From contig ML978134.1 in NCBI GenBank assembly GCA_010015805.1, positions 124,001-188,000 of the forward strand: a DNA stretch of 64,000 nucleotides. The letters run 5' to 3'. A model generated the notes under the pieces. That model searched no databases. It had not been told where the DNA came from and saw only the letters and a program-made list of their open reading frames with translations. Below, piece by piece: positions 11,785 to 25,029 of the stretch. The stretch is from Rhizodiscina lignyota (lineage: Eukaryota). Each line of letters opens with the position of its first letter. Position 1 is the first letter of the stretch. A program made the position numbers and the translations under genes.

Positions 11785-12639
11785 CGGCGTTAAGTTTATA
11801 AGCTCTGCAGCAATGACGGTCCGAATACGCCCCGCACTCCATGCTCAAGCCCCACTGCATCTCCGTTCCGCACGAAGCAGTGTGAGCGGATCTCTGCCGT
11901 TGAGTCGATGCCGAGGAGCATCTGGACACATCTAGAGAACAGCCGTAGCCAATTGCGGCCCACGACTTGCCTCTTTGAGACAATGCACGATTGAAAACGA
12001 TGCGATCGTCCGCTGTCGAGGTCCTATTGGCGATCAGGCTTCCTTTTCGCCGGGTTGTCCTCTGCATTGACGATATTCATTCAGCATTGCAAGCAAAGAC
12101 CGATAGTAATTGCTGCTGACGATGAGAATTCCATGTCGCGCGAGAAGATGGGCCCAAAAGAGCGCGTATATATGTGAGATACCTGAAACACGAGTGTCGA
12201 GACAGGTTGGATGTAACTTGTAAGCGACGCGTCTGAGGGTCCAACTCATGATGGGATTCTCCGTAGCAAGCCGAGAAACCGCCGTATTCTAACCGAGGCC
12301 AGAATGCTGAGTCATGCACGGAATTGAAGATTCTCTGAACTGAAACTGAACTGGATGAAGGGACCTGCCATTTCCTAAAATTGGGGAATCAAAGCTAACT
12401 AGTAGGTAAATCTCAGAAAATGCGCCGCTGTTTGATTTCAAAAACGCCGATCCATTGCATGCTGGGGGAATGGGCATACTTCCATTTCGTGCTGAGCCTA
12501 ATCCACAAGTTTGCGTTGCTGCCCTCGCGCAAGCGACCTGAAAACTGGCGTCAGCTCTCGTCGAATCCTTGAGAGGCCTCGTGTGTGGCGGCGTCTCAAG
12601 GGTTTTCAACGAACTCGTCGATGGAAGTTCCCAGAATCA

Positions 12640-12743
12640 GTCTATGTCCCGAAAGTCTATCCGAAAAGATGCAGATTCACCACGGTCTATACCTCGAAAG
12701 TCTATCCGTCGAAAGTCTATCCGAGCTGATGCAAATTCACCAC
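12640..12743. repeat. Local 60-bp duplication with internal GAAAGTCTATCCG subrepeats spanning the stop codon of the adjacent small gene
   Basis: GAAAGTCTATCCGA...GATGCA(G/A)ATTCACCAC at 12651 and 12711, plus an extra GAAAGTCTATCCG copy at ~12696. Confidence 0.8.
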
Positions 12744-12994
12744 ATCTTCTTCCAAAACGTTGCCTTATTTTGCTCTCTTCTCTCTGCGAGATTCTCGAGC
12801 CGGTCTCTGATGCTGCGAAGCTTTGTGTCCTGGTCCGAAGACATTCCGTCTAGCAAGCGAGTGTGCTCCGCTTTGAGCTCACCGAATTCCTGTTCGAGCT
12901 TCTCGTGCCATGGGTACAGAACGAAAACTTGAAAGCAAAGGGCCGAGCCGCCGATAAGAAAATTCGTGAGGGAGAAAGCGCGCGTGATTATCAT
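12737..12994 (-). CDS. Conserved small fungal single-TM/coiled-coil protein (85 aa)
   Basis: MIITRAFSLTNFLIGGSALCFQVFVLYPWHEKLEQEF matches a small conserved fungal family as recalled (often loosely annotated as mitochondrial phosphate carrier-related). Confidence 0.75.
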   Translation of the reverse strand: MIITRAFSLTNFLIGGSALCFQVFVLYPWHEKLEQEFGELKAEHTRLLDGMSSDQDTKLRSIRDRLENLAERREQNKATFWKKMW

Positions 12995-14085
12995 GGTTGT
13001 CGTGTGAATGCGTTCGATTAGCTTGAGGCCGCAAGTTGGGCTATTCGTAGAGGGGATCTTGATATCGGCGGGCGTAGCGAGCTTCGAGCGGTTATGAGTC
13101 AAGCCCAAGAGCGATCTTAATGTGACAGCAGTGAGAGGAGAGTGGATCGAGACAGAACTGAAATACCAAAGGTGAAAAGAATACAAGGTCTCTTAGATTG
13201 ATGGGAGGATTGCACCTGCGTTAAAACCTCGATCCGATGAGGCAAATTCAGACTGAGCAGGTGAGCATGCGACTTCGGCCAAGTACCCGCAGGGTAGCAC
13301 GGTATATCTATGTACTTTGCGCTGGACGAACACCTGCCACCTGTATCGATAGCGGGTATCTGTGCCTTGCATCCGTTCACGCTCTAGAGCCGGATTGGCC
13401 CGAATCTGACACTGTCGTGGGCAAAAGTGGTGTGACTTCGAGCCTCATTGCCGGGGTTCACCCTTGGATTGCGCTATTACCGGAGCCTCTTTGGAACTTT
13501 GGATGGTCTCGAAACTGTGTCGATTTTCTAGCTACTTCAATTAGTGTACCTCTAAGCATGCTCCAGCAAGTGAGAGCGATGGATCAGAATGCAGAAGACG
13601 GTTTTCTTTAACAATAAATGACGCGTGGTTGGGCTGTAGTTCAGTAGGTCGCTAAAAGTGTTCTAGGCGGCTGATTGAATCATGTGCAGTGTCGTTCTAG
13701 GCCTTGACATGAGCACGAGATTTGAATCAAACATCCAATAGCCATTGCGCAGAAGATTATGGCGCGAATTGTAATTTGCCGTGAGACATTTTCCTACAGG
13801 GTGCTGTAAAATTCGCCGGAAAGCTATCGAGGATGGGGATAAAGTCGAGATTGTGGCGAATTTTCTCCGAACTGGTGCATAGCAAGAAGGGGGATGGAAT
13901 ATGACGGAATCATCGAAGAACTCCTAGTATTTTGAGGACTTGAGCCTCTTTCAGATGTATTGATGGATGAGTGGAGAGAACGGTACATCTAGATGGAGAA
14001 ATGCGGTGCGCTGAAAAAGAAAAATCGTCACTGAAATTAGTCAAGTACATAGATAATTTTGATTTTTGGAGCGTGCTGAAAGCTA

Positions 14086-14171
14086 GGGTGTGTAGCTCAG
14101 TGGTTAGAGTATGGGATTGCAGTCAATCCGCAATTATCCTAGTGTCGTCGGTTCGATTCCGACTACACCCT
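14086..14171 (+). tRNA. tRNA-Cys (anticodon GCA) with 13-nt intron
   Basis: Acceptor stem GGGTGTG/TACACCC, D arm GCTC-AGTGGTTA-GAGT, anticodon stem TGGGA/TCCTA with TT-GCA-G, intron 14123-14135 after position 37, T arm GTCGG-TTCGATT-CCGAC, U73 discriminator, oligo-T Pol III terminator near 14190-14198. Confidence 0.96.
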
Positions 14172-14831
14172 TCTATTGTTCTTTTGACATTTTTTTTTGC
14201 TCTTTCTATTTGTCCAATATCGAGGCAGCTCTCTTCTTTGGGGTCTTCAAGAGGTTACTTATGCTCAAAATTCTTTGTCGCATTTCGGCTTAGGATAGCC
14301 AGTGTGGGGCCACTGCGGACAAGCGCCTCTGCCTCCCAGAACAGGCTGCTCAACTCGCCTGTTCTTTTTGATTCTCACGCCCTTGACCCTGATTTTAACT
14401 CTACTTCCTGCATTGATATAAACCCATGGGCCGTGGTCTGAGTTCTAGAGAATAAAATCGAGACGTAGCAGATTTCAATTAGTGAGAGTTGTTTCCCCCG
14501 GACGTTCACAAGACCGCAACAGCTCTGGAGCAAAAGCACCCCAGAGTAGATTGAAACTCTTGTTTCAGAGCCTCCAGAAGACTAACTACCGGCCTGCGGC
14601 AGCAGCACCTCCCCGCAGTCGATTGCACGATGTCGATCACCGGAAATATACAGGGAAGCAAGCATCCTTACCTTCATTCCTGTCAGAACGTGGATCGAGT
14701 GCGGAGAACACCCCGGATATATGGACTTCATTGTTGCGCCTTGACGGTCCAAGTATCTCTGCTCTTTCATAAATGTATCCATTCGTCTCTCATTCCCATC
14801 TCGTCGAGTGTCCTGCTTCGCCTAGCTCACC

Positions 14832-16501
14832 ATGGCGAGAACGTACACAGCGTACAATCTTCGAATCATCCTGGTCTTGACATTGGGAAGCTTGACCTTC
14901 GGATATGCATATTCCGTCATTTCAAATACACTCGGACAACCTGGCTTTATTCAGAAGTTCGGTCTTGATGGCAGTACTTCATATGCAAATGCAATCACTG
15001 GTTCTGTCAATGGAGTATTTGCCGCTGGTGGAACCTTTGGGGCATTACTAACAGGATGGATGTGCGAAGCAAGAGGGAGAAAGGAGACGATGCGGCTCGG
15101 TGCTTTAATCACAGTTGTTGGCAGCGCACTACAGACTGGTAGCGTAGATATTGCCATGTTTCTGGTTTCCCGAGGCATCACCGGATTTGGCATTGGCATG
15201 CTAGTTGTGCTGATTCCGATCTACCAAGCTGAGATATGTATGATGCACAAATATACAGCAGAGATCTCCAGCTTACATACAATCAGCTCCTCCAAACGCT
15301 CGAGGCTGGCTTGTAGGACAGCACGGCTCATGGATCGTCTCAGGTTACGCTATTGCGGGATGGGTTGGCGTCGGAACGTACTACTCGAGCAATCTTTCTT
15401 TTCAGTGGCGCTTTCCGATCTCTATATCCTGTCTGCCGCCGCTTGGGCTTCTTGCTTGCAGCCCATGGGTCCCGGAATCTCCCCGATGGCGTACGTTTAG
15501 GCTCACATCGCGCCTTGGGGATGTCCAACTGACTGTTTCCAGTGCTGACTCGAGACCGCGTGGAGGATGCTTGGAACATTGTCCGCAGATTGCATGGGGA
15601 TCCAAATGATGAGGAAGATACTTTTGCACGCAACGAGTTCTACCAGATGGTCCAGCAAGTGCAGGTCGATTCGTCCGCCTGGGCGCAAACCGGCAACAAG
15701 GGACTCTTCACCAAGCCTTCGTATCGTAAACGAATGTGGATGGGCTTCTTCATTCAGTATTCGGCCCAAACGACAGGAGCTATGGTGATCTACCTGTACA
15801 TGGTGCAGCTGTATCAGAATCTGGGCGAAACAGGAGGTATTCCACTTATTCTCGGAGCGGCGTATGTTACTGTGGCAGCAATGTCGAACTTTCTCGGAGC
15901 GTACCTTTTGGACAAGGTTGGTCGGAAGCCATTATTGGGTAGGTACGCCCCTGAGTATTGAAATTATGATCGTACATCATTAATATGAATCGCAGCAACC
16001 GGACTCACGGGATGCATGATCTGTCTTTCCCTTGTCACAGCAATGGTGGCCCGATTCGCAGGAACAACCAACAAAGCCGGCAATGGAATGGGCGTCTTCT
16101 TCGTCTTCTCATTCATCGCATTCTACGGCGGTGGCATCGATGTCGTATCGTACGTCTACTGCAGTGAGATTTTCCCAACCCACATCCGATCGCAAGGTAT
16201 GGCGTGGGCCATTGTTGGCACGTTCCTGTCCACCCTGGTTTATGTCGAAGCGGCTCCAACGGCATTGGCAAACATCCAATGGCGCTATTATCTCGTCTTC
16301 ATATGCTTGACGCTAGTTAACATTATCATCCTGTGGTTTTGGTGTCCCGAGACGAAGAACCTCTCGCTTGAAGAGATTAACGAGCGCTTTGGAGACGAGG
16401 TCGTCGTGCATTTGGCGGATGTTAATGCGAAGCACGAGGGAATACCACTGGAGCAGTTCACTGGAATGCCACGAGAGCAGCGAGAAAGCTCCGGGAAGTG
16501 A
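14832..16501 (+). CDS. MFS sugar porter family transporter, 4 exons
   Basis: GRK loop motifs, PIYQAEI-(intron)-PP..RGWLVG, PESPRW, FFIQYSAQTTG, YCSEIFPT, PETKNLSLEEI. Confidence 0.93.
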
Positions 16502-17185
16502 CTTAGAGTGATAGACAAATAGATGGAGATTGTACATAGAAGACCAAGTGTGAAAGTCTGGACGCAAACCGTGAGGATGGTCTACCGTCTACGATAGTCA
16601 GGCAAAAGTTGAGTGAGGATAAGTGGATTCTAAACCCACTGAAATCTGCGGTTTTACTCTTGCCGGGGATGTGCTCTACGTGTGCAACATAGTGGTTTGA
16701 GTTTCGCTTTGAATTGCTTCGATTTGAAAAGCACAGCTTTCCGCAGGTCGTCTGAGTGCCAATGTGGCTTTCCCTGGAACCTCTTCCTCTACCGTCCGAC
16801 AGTGATTTAAGTGCCTATATATCTTTAGATGCAGCCTATTCTTCTACTGATCTTCTATACATTGAGCATGCGCGCGATGGCGTGAAGAGCGTCATTGTTG
16901 GGGTCACTTGAGATGTCTGAAGAGGCGTTTATTTGTCGGGTGTAGCATTATTGGTAGGATTTTCAGTCCATAAAATTCGGTATCTACTCAGAGGTCGGGC
17001 GGGTCGTTGAAATGCTAAGAAAATAGCATAGGAGGAGCATCGTCTTATCATGTGGAACTATCACCGGAGGCATGCTCACTATCGAAGCGTCTCGATGTTC
17101 TAGTATCAACAGGCAGATATGGGAAGTGTAAACTCTTCAATGTCTATTGTCGAGAAATTCATTCCCACTGGTACATGCATATATT

Positions 17186-18243
17186 TTAAGCGCCATCCAC
17201 GCCCCACACAGTCACTGTCCCGTCACTGCCGCCGCTAACCCACTCTGGCCTCACTGGGCAGAACGCCACAGCACTCACCACCTTCTTGGCCTTATACACA
17301 TCATCCTTGAATGGAGATAGACGATGCCTCTCTTCCCCGGTAGCCACATCCCAAACAAACACCTCTCCTGCTTCACTGCCACCAAGGACAATCATGTCCT
17401 CCATGCCGAACGTGCTCCGAATGCGGAAGGAGTTATTGATATATCCAGGCGCAGTGAAGCTCTGGATCATTTCGCCGCTCTTCTTGCTCATCATTCGAAT
17501 CGTGGAGTCGGTGGTGGTGACGATGTACGCCCGGTTGTCCATTGTCGGCATGACAGACGTGACTGGGACGGCAATGACGTCTATGATGATATTGGCCATG
17601 CGGATATCATAACAGTAGACCTTTCCATCTAAGCTGCCAGCGTAGATTTGCTTATCGATGACCTTGATGCTCGTCACGGTGTCTATCGCGTGCGCAAATG
17701 TCTGAATTGGCTTGTACGGTGGTCCGATCGTATCCCAGATGTGGACCTTGGCGTCCGAACCACCACTTATGACGGTACAGTCGTCTTCGCCACCCAATGC
17801 GACTGCCTCGACGCGTCCTGTGTGTCCCTCATATCGATGAAGTGTAGTTGCAGTTGCCACGTCCCAAAGGAACACGCGCTTGTCCCCTCCACCGCTCGCG
17901 AACCGCGCATTGTCGAATGAAACGGCAATGTCGAGGATTTCGTGGACATGAGCGTTGTATGACTGAACATGATTACATGTGGATGCATTGAACAAGCGGA
18001 TTGCACGGTCGGTGGCGCCGGTGAGGATCTGGAGATTGACCTGGATTAGCTTGAGCAATTGAGAGTGGAAGGAGTATCACATACATATTCCGCACCGCCA
18101 TTACTATAGGTCACCGCATGGACTTGTCCTGTGTTTCATTAGCACATGTAACTGATCTTCATGAAAAATTCCGGGGGGGAGCAGGTACCTTTGTGGCCTT
18201 CGAGCTGCTTGAGCTGGCGCGTGGGGAAGTCGGAGGAGCTCAT
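17186..18243 (-). CDS. WD40-repeat protein WDR83/MORG1-like, 3 coding exons
   Basis: MSSSDFPTRQLKQLEGHKG|QVHAVTYSNGGAEY|ILTGATDRAIRLFN...RFASGGGDKRVFLWDV...YCYDIRM. Confidence 0.85.
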
Positions 18244-18626
18244 CAACTGCTTTTCAAATGGAGCATATTGCAGTCCTGAGACTAACTTGCAGCATCTACC
18301 TCAGGCTGCTAGACGCGCTCTTGATTGAAGTTGCTGTCGTCGAGGACTTGGCGACTGAACTCGTGGAACCAGAGCCGCTATTTTCCAGGAGGGCCCATCT
18401 TCGTGTGATATTCGGTGTTTCGTCGGCCGCGTGCAGCTGGCGATAGAGTGGTCGATGGTGTTGAAATGTGGGTGAATTTTCGAGAAGACCAACACGGTTA
18501 TATTCCCGAGCTTCGGAGAAGCTTGATATTCCGAAAGAGTTTAATCCGATTAACCTGCAGGAAAAAGCGCAAAGTAAAAGACAAATATCTTCCATATCGA
18601 TGGTGATGGAGGAACTTCGGCAGAGC

Positions 18627-18654
18627 AGGGTTAGGGTTTGCTCTCGCGCGAAAT
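18627..18654. promoter_or_regulatory. Telomere-like AGGGTTAGGGTTT element plus ATTTCGCGC motif upstream of the WDR83-like gene
   Basis: 13-mer at 18627-18639; GCGCGAAAT at 18646-18654. The same two motifs occur upstream of PWP2. Confidence 0.5.
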
Positions 18655-19355
18655 GCGGAACGGCAGCTAAGCTCGCGTGTCATCGTCCCAATCAACGACC
18701 TCATCACATACAGCTCCTCCACACCCCCTTTTCCCGGATGCGCGGACGGCTTGCTCGCCTGCTCGGGCGCTGCCTAGTGCCCGAATGCATGTGGAACATC
18801 CAATGGCCTGCTTGATCTCAGAAACGGGCGCGAAGATATCAATTGTCCTCGAGCACCTCCGAGCGAGACGGATTTCATTCCAATTGTTTAGCTCTGGATT
18901 ATGGCATACACGCTGACAATTCATGAAACACTTCTGGGCTCTGGCTTTATCTAACACCATATGTAAGACGCTGTGTCCTCCCTCCGTCGGTACTTGGAAT
19001 GGCGCATATCTCCTGCCCTAAGGGAACAAATGTTTGCTACTACCCAGCTCGTGCAGCTGGGGTAGCCGGTGACGCCATTGGAGGATATTGGCTTCGCGCC
19101 CCTGCGTGATTGAGCGATGTGGGCGTGACCGGATCGACGACCTACATGGTCACTTCAGTAGCTTTACTGAAAGCGTCTCGAGAGCGGAGACGTCGAGTGC
19201 GACGCGATGGTGTGTGGTGACAAGGCTGCTTGCGCGATATATTCGCTGTCCAGCTGCGCGCGGTTGTGTAACCTTTTCTTTTCTGTCTGTGAGCATCCTT
19301 CAGTGTCAACATCTCAATTGCGCTTCGTTGCGGGTTTGCGATTCCACCGCTCGAG

Positions 19356-19950
19356 ATGCTCGCTCAAGGGTCCTTCCGCATCTTGCTGTCAATAATCACC
19401 TTTCTCTCGGCTTTAGCCGCGGCCCAGCAATCTTTCATTTTCGAGCTCCCGTCGTACACCTCCGCGAAAGGTTGCATTCAGAAATGCGTTTCCCAAGGAT
19501 CGATTACGGGCATCAACAGCTTCGGCTGTAATGTCGGCTCGCCTGCTTCATGCTTGTGCAGCGCCAAACCATCGTCATTTGTCTCTTCATACGGATTTAC
19601 GTGTGCATCGAGTGCATGCGGGAACGTTGACGATGCCTCGGCGGCTTCGAGAATATGGAGCTCCTACTGTGTCGTGAACAGTGCACTTCCTGCAGCGGCG
19701 GGCATGGAAACTGGTGTGCCAACTGCTGGTTCCACACCAACAGATAGTCCAGCTTCAGGTATGAAATGCTGCCTTTGCTATTGCATGATGCAAGCCGAAT
19801 TGATTATGTACAGGAAGCACGCCTGGCCCTGCAACCCCAACGCCAACGACAGGAGCGGCCAGCAAAACTCTTGGGCTTGCTCACAGTGGCACTCTTGCAT
19901 TGGGCGTCGTGGTGGGAATTAGCTTACCAGCTCTATTGATGAGCGTTTGA
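19356..19950 (+). CDS. Small secreted CFEM-like (8-Cys) probable GPI-anchored protein, 2 exons
   Basis: Signal peptide; CIQKC...GC...CLCS...CASSAC...YC; Ser/Thr/Pro stalk. Intron ~19759-19813 gives a hydrophobic C-terminus (TLALGVVVGISLPALLMSV*). Confidence 0.85.
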
Positions 19951-20344
19951 AGACATTAGAATAAGCCGTTCTTGACGGAAATTAAGATTGATGAAGGACA
20001 TGAGTTTCTAGCGTGGTATTCACGAATGAGTTTCAGCGATTGAGGGCTTCCTGAGATACCAGTGTTGCTTTTAAGGGCACACAATGACTTTTACGGACAA
20101 AGTAAAGCTTTGTAATTCAGCGAGCTTTTGTCTTTCAGCTCCTATACCCCCTTTCCGTTACACTACACCCTCGCAGAGGCTCATGTAGCATGAACGGCAA
20201 ATAGATTATGACAGAAGAAGAAACTCCACCGACGACATCCTCGATTACGCAAAAAGTTATAGGAAAGGAACAAAGTGAAAAAGTAAAGAGTCGTTGGTAT
20301 CTCGCTCCAAGCACCCACCAGCACCAAGTTCCCTAAAACGCAGC

Positions 20345-21762
20345 TTAACGACGGCCGTGGCTCCTGTTCACGCTTCCCTGAAGCGCCTCGACCTCCTGCT
20401 CCAACGACTTGATCATCGCATGGCTCTGCTCCAGGTCCTTGTTCAACCTGTCCCTCTCGCTGATCAACTTCTGCTCCCACGACCTGAACCTCTGTTCCTC
20501 CACCTTGACCTGCTCCGTGAAGCGCTTGCGCAGTGCCTCCTCCTCTTCCTTGAACTTTGGGTTGTCCAACTTCCTCGGCCTCGCCTCACCGAACTTGCGC
20601 GTCTCCATCTGCTGTGCGCGGTACGCCTCGTAATGGTTCTCCTCCGTTGTGTGGATCAGGTCGAGCATGTGCGTGCGGATGAGGATTGCGCGCAGTTTCT
20701 TGAAGTCGCAGTGCTCCTCATTTTCAACTTCCGCGACACCCCACGCGTACTGGCGGCCCTTGACGGTGCGGTTGTCACCGGTCTGAACGTCCTTCTCCGA
20801 ACCGATGACGCTGAATGGCATGGCGGCGATGAGGGATCGGGCATGCTGCAAACCGGGCTCATCGTCCTCCTCGAGAGGAGGCTGGTAGATTTGAATGCCT
20901 TGTGCTTCGATGACTGCACGGACCTTGTTTTTGTGAGCTGCGAAATTCCCCTCTGTGAAATTTCGGACTTACTCTCTGCTTGAACTTTTGCAAATCGGCA
21001 GGGCTGAGCGTATCCGCCTTGGCAATGACAGGGATGAGGTTCACGCGCGTGCAAAGACGCTTCATGACCTCAATGTCAAGGGGCTTAAGGGTGTGGCCGG
21101 TGGGACGGATGAAGTAGAGGCAGGCGTGCACGCGAAGGTCAATCTTCTCGGTTCGGCGTGGCTGCTGCTCCTGAAGCATGTACGACTCATGCTGATCGTC
21201 GAGGAACTCGATGATCGGCTGCCACGAGTCGCGATTATTCACGTAGTCGCCAAAACCGGGAGTGTCGATGACCGTAAGGCGGACTGTGAACCACCTTGTA
21301 AGCCCATGTATCTGCTCGTATATCCCATATGTCTAAGTCTGATCAAACCTTTGAAGAACTTCTCCTCTAGCTCAGCCTTTGTGATCTCAATCTCGACAGT
21401 CTTGTCAACCTGCTTGTTGTGGCGGCGCTTGTGATCGGCATAGTTCTTGATCGTGGTGGAGAACAGCGTGTTGATGAAGGTGGTCTTGCCGAGGCCAGAT
21501 TCGCCAGCAACCTGTTATAGAGTTAATCACGCACGCGCTGAAAGAGGTCTTTGGCACGTACCATAATCGTAAAGGCTGCCCCGCGCTTTGCGACAATTTT
21601 GTGCCTGAGAGGCTTGTTAGGACATGTGAAGTTCATCTGCACGCGATAACTCCATACCGTTGATTCGGCAACTGTAAAGCAAATGTCAGTAACTACTTGT
21701 CAAGACGGGAAATATGAGGGACTCACGTTGGCAATGCCAATTGGAGAAGCGGTTTCCGCCAT
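20345..21762 (-). CDS. CDC12: Septin, Cdc12/AspC/Spn4 group, multi-exon with a 14-nt micro-exon (21671-21658)
   Basis: [66 protein letters not shown], C-terminal coiled coil. Confidence 0.93.
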
Positions 21763-23156
21763 TGTGAGTTGATGTGGTTGCGCGTCGTTAGGGTCTGGCA
21801 CTCAGGAGGCTCGCTGTTCTTTGGCGATTACTGTGTATAGAGACACAAGAGAGATGCGACCAAATCTTTCAGATGAAAGAGGCGCGAAGAGGTGTTCAGA
21901 GGAGGTCTTGTTGATGTTGAGTCTTTGCAAGTTCGTGAATTGAACTTTCCTGTGAGTTGTCACCCCCTGAGAGCTCCAGCGCCCTTGCCAAGGCCAACTT
22001 TGCGCGCACCCTGGGCCGGACTACGGCAGAAGATAAATCCGCATCTTGGCATTTCACTCTGCATCTGTACCCCAGCCCAGGCCAGGTAGCCCTGCCCTTC
22101 AAGAGCGGCCGCCCGCTGAAGGGCTCTCCCTTTTGTCCACACCGCACCTCCGACTACCTTACAGACATCACTTCACATGCAACCCCTACGTTCCTTCCAG
22201 GTCGCCCACCCTGTGTCAATGCTCTGCGTTCATTCAGCCGATCTCTACCGCACTATTTTTATCTTCTATTGCTTTTAGCGGTATGCCACCACCAATGGCG
22301 GAGCTATTATCTCCATCATGTCTTACTTAAGCGGCTATCTACGTATTTCGCTCCCTCAGAGCACCTTCCCCGTATAGGATTGGAGGCATGTTGGTGTCCA
22401 AGCTCAATCTCCATATTCCTTAGCCCAGAGCCTTTAGTCCGTTTTTGCCAGTAGATCGAGACTTTAGCATTCAGGCCCCCAACTCTCGTTTTGGGTTGGC
22501 TCATCGTCCGTTCTATCCACGACCCGCTTTCAAAGGAGTGGTAGAGAACCCTTCGATTAGTTCATTGGCCTCGGTTTGCTCTAATCTATGGTCCTTACCA
22601 GTCGACCGGACGGAAAAGACCCTACCATTTCCTGAGCTAAGCAGAGATGGACGTGTTTACATGTAGTTTGACATGTCCTGGTAGAAACAGCCATGTAGTA
22701 CTTGATGACGGTGCCATTATCGGCCGGAGAAGGACCGAACTGCGCTGAAATGGCATTTATACCTGGTGGTTTCTCCCTCTACCACCTTCATCAAGTGGTT
22801 TCCTAGACCTTTGCGGCCTAGAAATGTTGCTGTAAGAGCGCAATGAACTATCTCCGCTTGTTTCAGCGGCAAGTGCAGAACCCAGTCCTCGGGAACACTC
22901 ACTACTAGTAAGGAAATGGTTCGGTCGTTTCTTTGATAAGCTGACAATTTCTTGCCTTTTGATTGATTTTCGTCTAAGTCCTCGGATGCCACGAGGGGTC
23001 TTTGCACCTGTTGTGCTTTCTATTGCCCCCCTACGTTAGCCTGGACTGTCTCACTGGGCATTTATGTGTCCAGTATATAACATCCTACTCGTCGCTTAGA
23101 CTATTGTCGTTTCTCCTTTCTGCGCATTCACCAGTCAAAACATCCGCACTGTCGCC

Positions 23157-25029
23157 ATGGCTCCCCAGGCTTCTTTTCTCGGAACTGGCCTAACTGCAGT
23201 TCCTATTGTTCTGATAGCTATATCTGCCTGTCTCTTTTTCCTGTATCGCCGATTCTTACCCAAACCCATTCCTGGTATCCCATACAATGAGAAAGCGGCC
23301 AAAAGCTTGCTAGGCGACATTCCTGCCTTGGTGAAAGCCACTCAAGAAACGCAGGAGATTGTGGCATGGCTGAACTCGCAGTTGCACCTCCACAACTCTC
23401 CAATTGCCCAGGTCTTCACCAAACCGTTTTCGAAACCTTGGGTCATCGTGGGAGACTCTATAGAAGCTGAAGACATTCTCACGCGCCGCAACCACGAGTT
23501 CGCCAAATCTACGATTCAGACCAACGTCTTTCATGGCCTCGTGCCCAAGCACCATATTACTATGGACTCTACACCCGAGTTCAAGCAGCACCGTCAACTC
23601 ATCCAAGATCTGATCACGCCGAATTTCCTGCACCAAATCACCGCGCCTCAGATTCATGCTCGATTCTCTGCCCTGATAAGCCTCTGGGAGCATAAGATGC
23701 GACTTGCGGACGGCCATCCCTTTTCTGTGAAACAGGACATATACAACGCTGGGATGGACACAATCTGGTCTGCAGCATTTGGGCTTGACAGTCCTGTGAA
23801 CGCCACTAATTCTCAGGCCGCCCTGCTGTCAAAGTTAACTTCCGTGGATGCACCAAGCAATTTGAACGAGCCCATAATATTCCCGGAAGCACCGTATCCG
23901 CAAGAGTTCACGGCCGTCATGGAACTGGTGGATACGCTTGAGGTGCGGAACCCTAGCCTGCTCTTTGTTGCCCATGAGATATTTACTGACTTTTTGTCTT
24001 TCAGGTGCCACTTAAAAGTCCGGTGCCACTATTTGCTCATTGGTGTGTACGCCAGACTCGCAAATACAAGAATAATTTTGCGATTAAGGAGAAGGTACTG
24101 AAAGCTGAAATCGACAAACGAGCTGTCCTCTTGAACGGGATGGAGAAGAAGGACTTTACGGTTCGATGTGGTTTGGATGATATCCTTCGTCGCGAGTTGA
24201 TCGCAGCAGAGAAACAAGGGCGGCAGCCAGGGTTCCACACGAGGACTATATATGACGAGGTAAGTTTCATCCGAGCTGCGCTTGATTTGAGATGTCCGGA
24301 AATGCTAACTGTAGTCTGCCCATATAGACTCTAGGCTACGTTGTAGGAGGCAGCGAAACCACGGGGACTGCTATCAATTGGGCCATGAAATTCTTCGCTT
24401 GGTACCCCAACATCCAAAAGAAGCTCCGCCCTGCCCTTCGCGAGGCTTTCACTCAAGCTCTTAAGGAGGGTCGCAACCCTTCGGCCCAGGAAATTACAAA
24501 GATGGCTATCCCGTATCTCGATGCTGTCCAAGAGGAAATCTTTCGCCATTCGCTCACAGAGGCAGCATCGTTCCGCAGGACTCTGCAGGAGGTAGAGATT
24601 CTCGGGCATCGCATCCCGAAGGGCGTAGATGTTTGGATGATGGGCTGTGGGCCTGGCTACCTCGAGCCCTCATTCGATATCCCTGACTCCCTGCGCAGTC
24701 CTACGACCCTGGCGTCAAAGAGCAAAATCGGACGGTGGGATCCAAAAGACATTCGTGATTTCAAACCAGAGAGATGGCTCGTGCATGATGGTAACGGGAA
24801 TGTCTCATTTAATCCCCAGGCAGGCCCGCATCTTACCTTCAGTCTGGGGCCAAGAGGTTGCTGGGGCAGACGCATGGCGTATCTAGAGATGCGCATTGTG
24901 CTGGTGCTGATCATTTGGAACTTCCAGATGCTGGACGTGCCGGAGGAGCTAACTGGCATGGAGGCCATAGACAAGATTGCGCATCAGCCTCAGAAGACGT
25001 ACGTGCGGCTTGCGAAGGCTGGGTATTGA
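23157..25029 (+). CDS. Cytochrome P450 monooxygenase, 3 exons
   Basis: N-terminal TM plus LPKPIPGIPYN, I-helix GGSETT, EIFR (ExxR), KPERW, heme motif FSLGPRGCWG. Confidence 0.95.

Noticed and set aside
12640..12743. CRISPR-like array
   Set aside because: Eukaryotic context, irregular spacing, no unique spacers and no cas genes.
14086..14171. Possibility that the tRNA is a Sec or suppressor tRNA explaining the TGA at 1160
   Set aside because: The anticodon is plainly GCA with a short variable arm and U73, so it is an ordinary tRNA-Cys.
18627..18639. TTAGGG as a telomere or interstitial telomeric array
   Set aside because: Only about two units, in a promoter position; treated as a regulatory motif instead.
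20294..20983. 229-aa plus-strand ORF and similar long antisense ORFs over GST, Trk, helicase and BCS1 genes
   Set aside because: Shadow ORFs arising from codon bias of the real genes on the opposite strand.
23157..25029. P450 as part of a secondary-metabolite cluster
   Set aside because: It is flanked by the septin and PWP2, and there is no PKS, NRPS or terpene synthase in the window.
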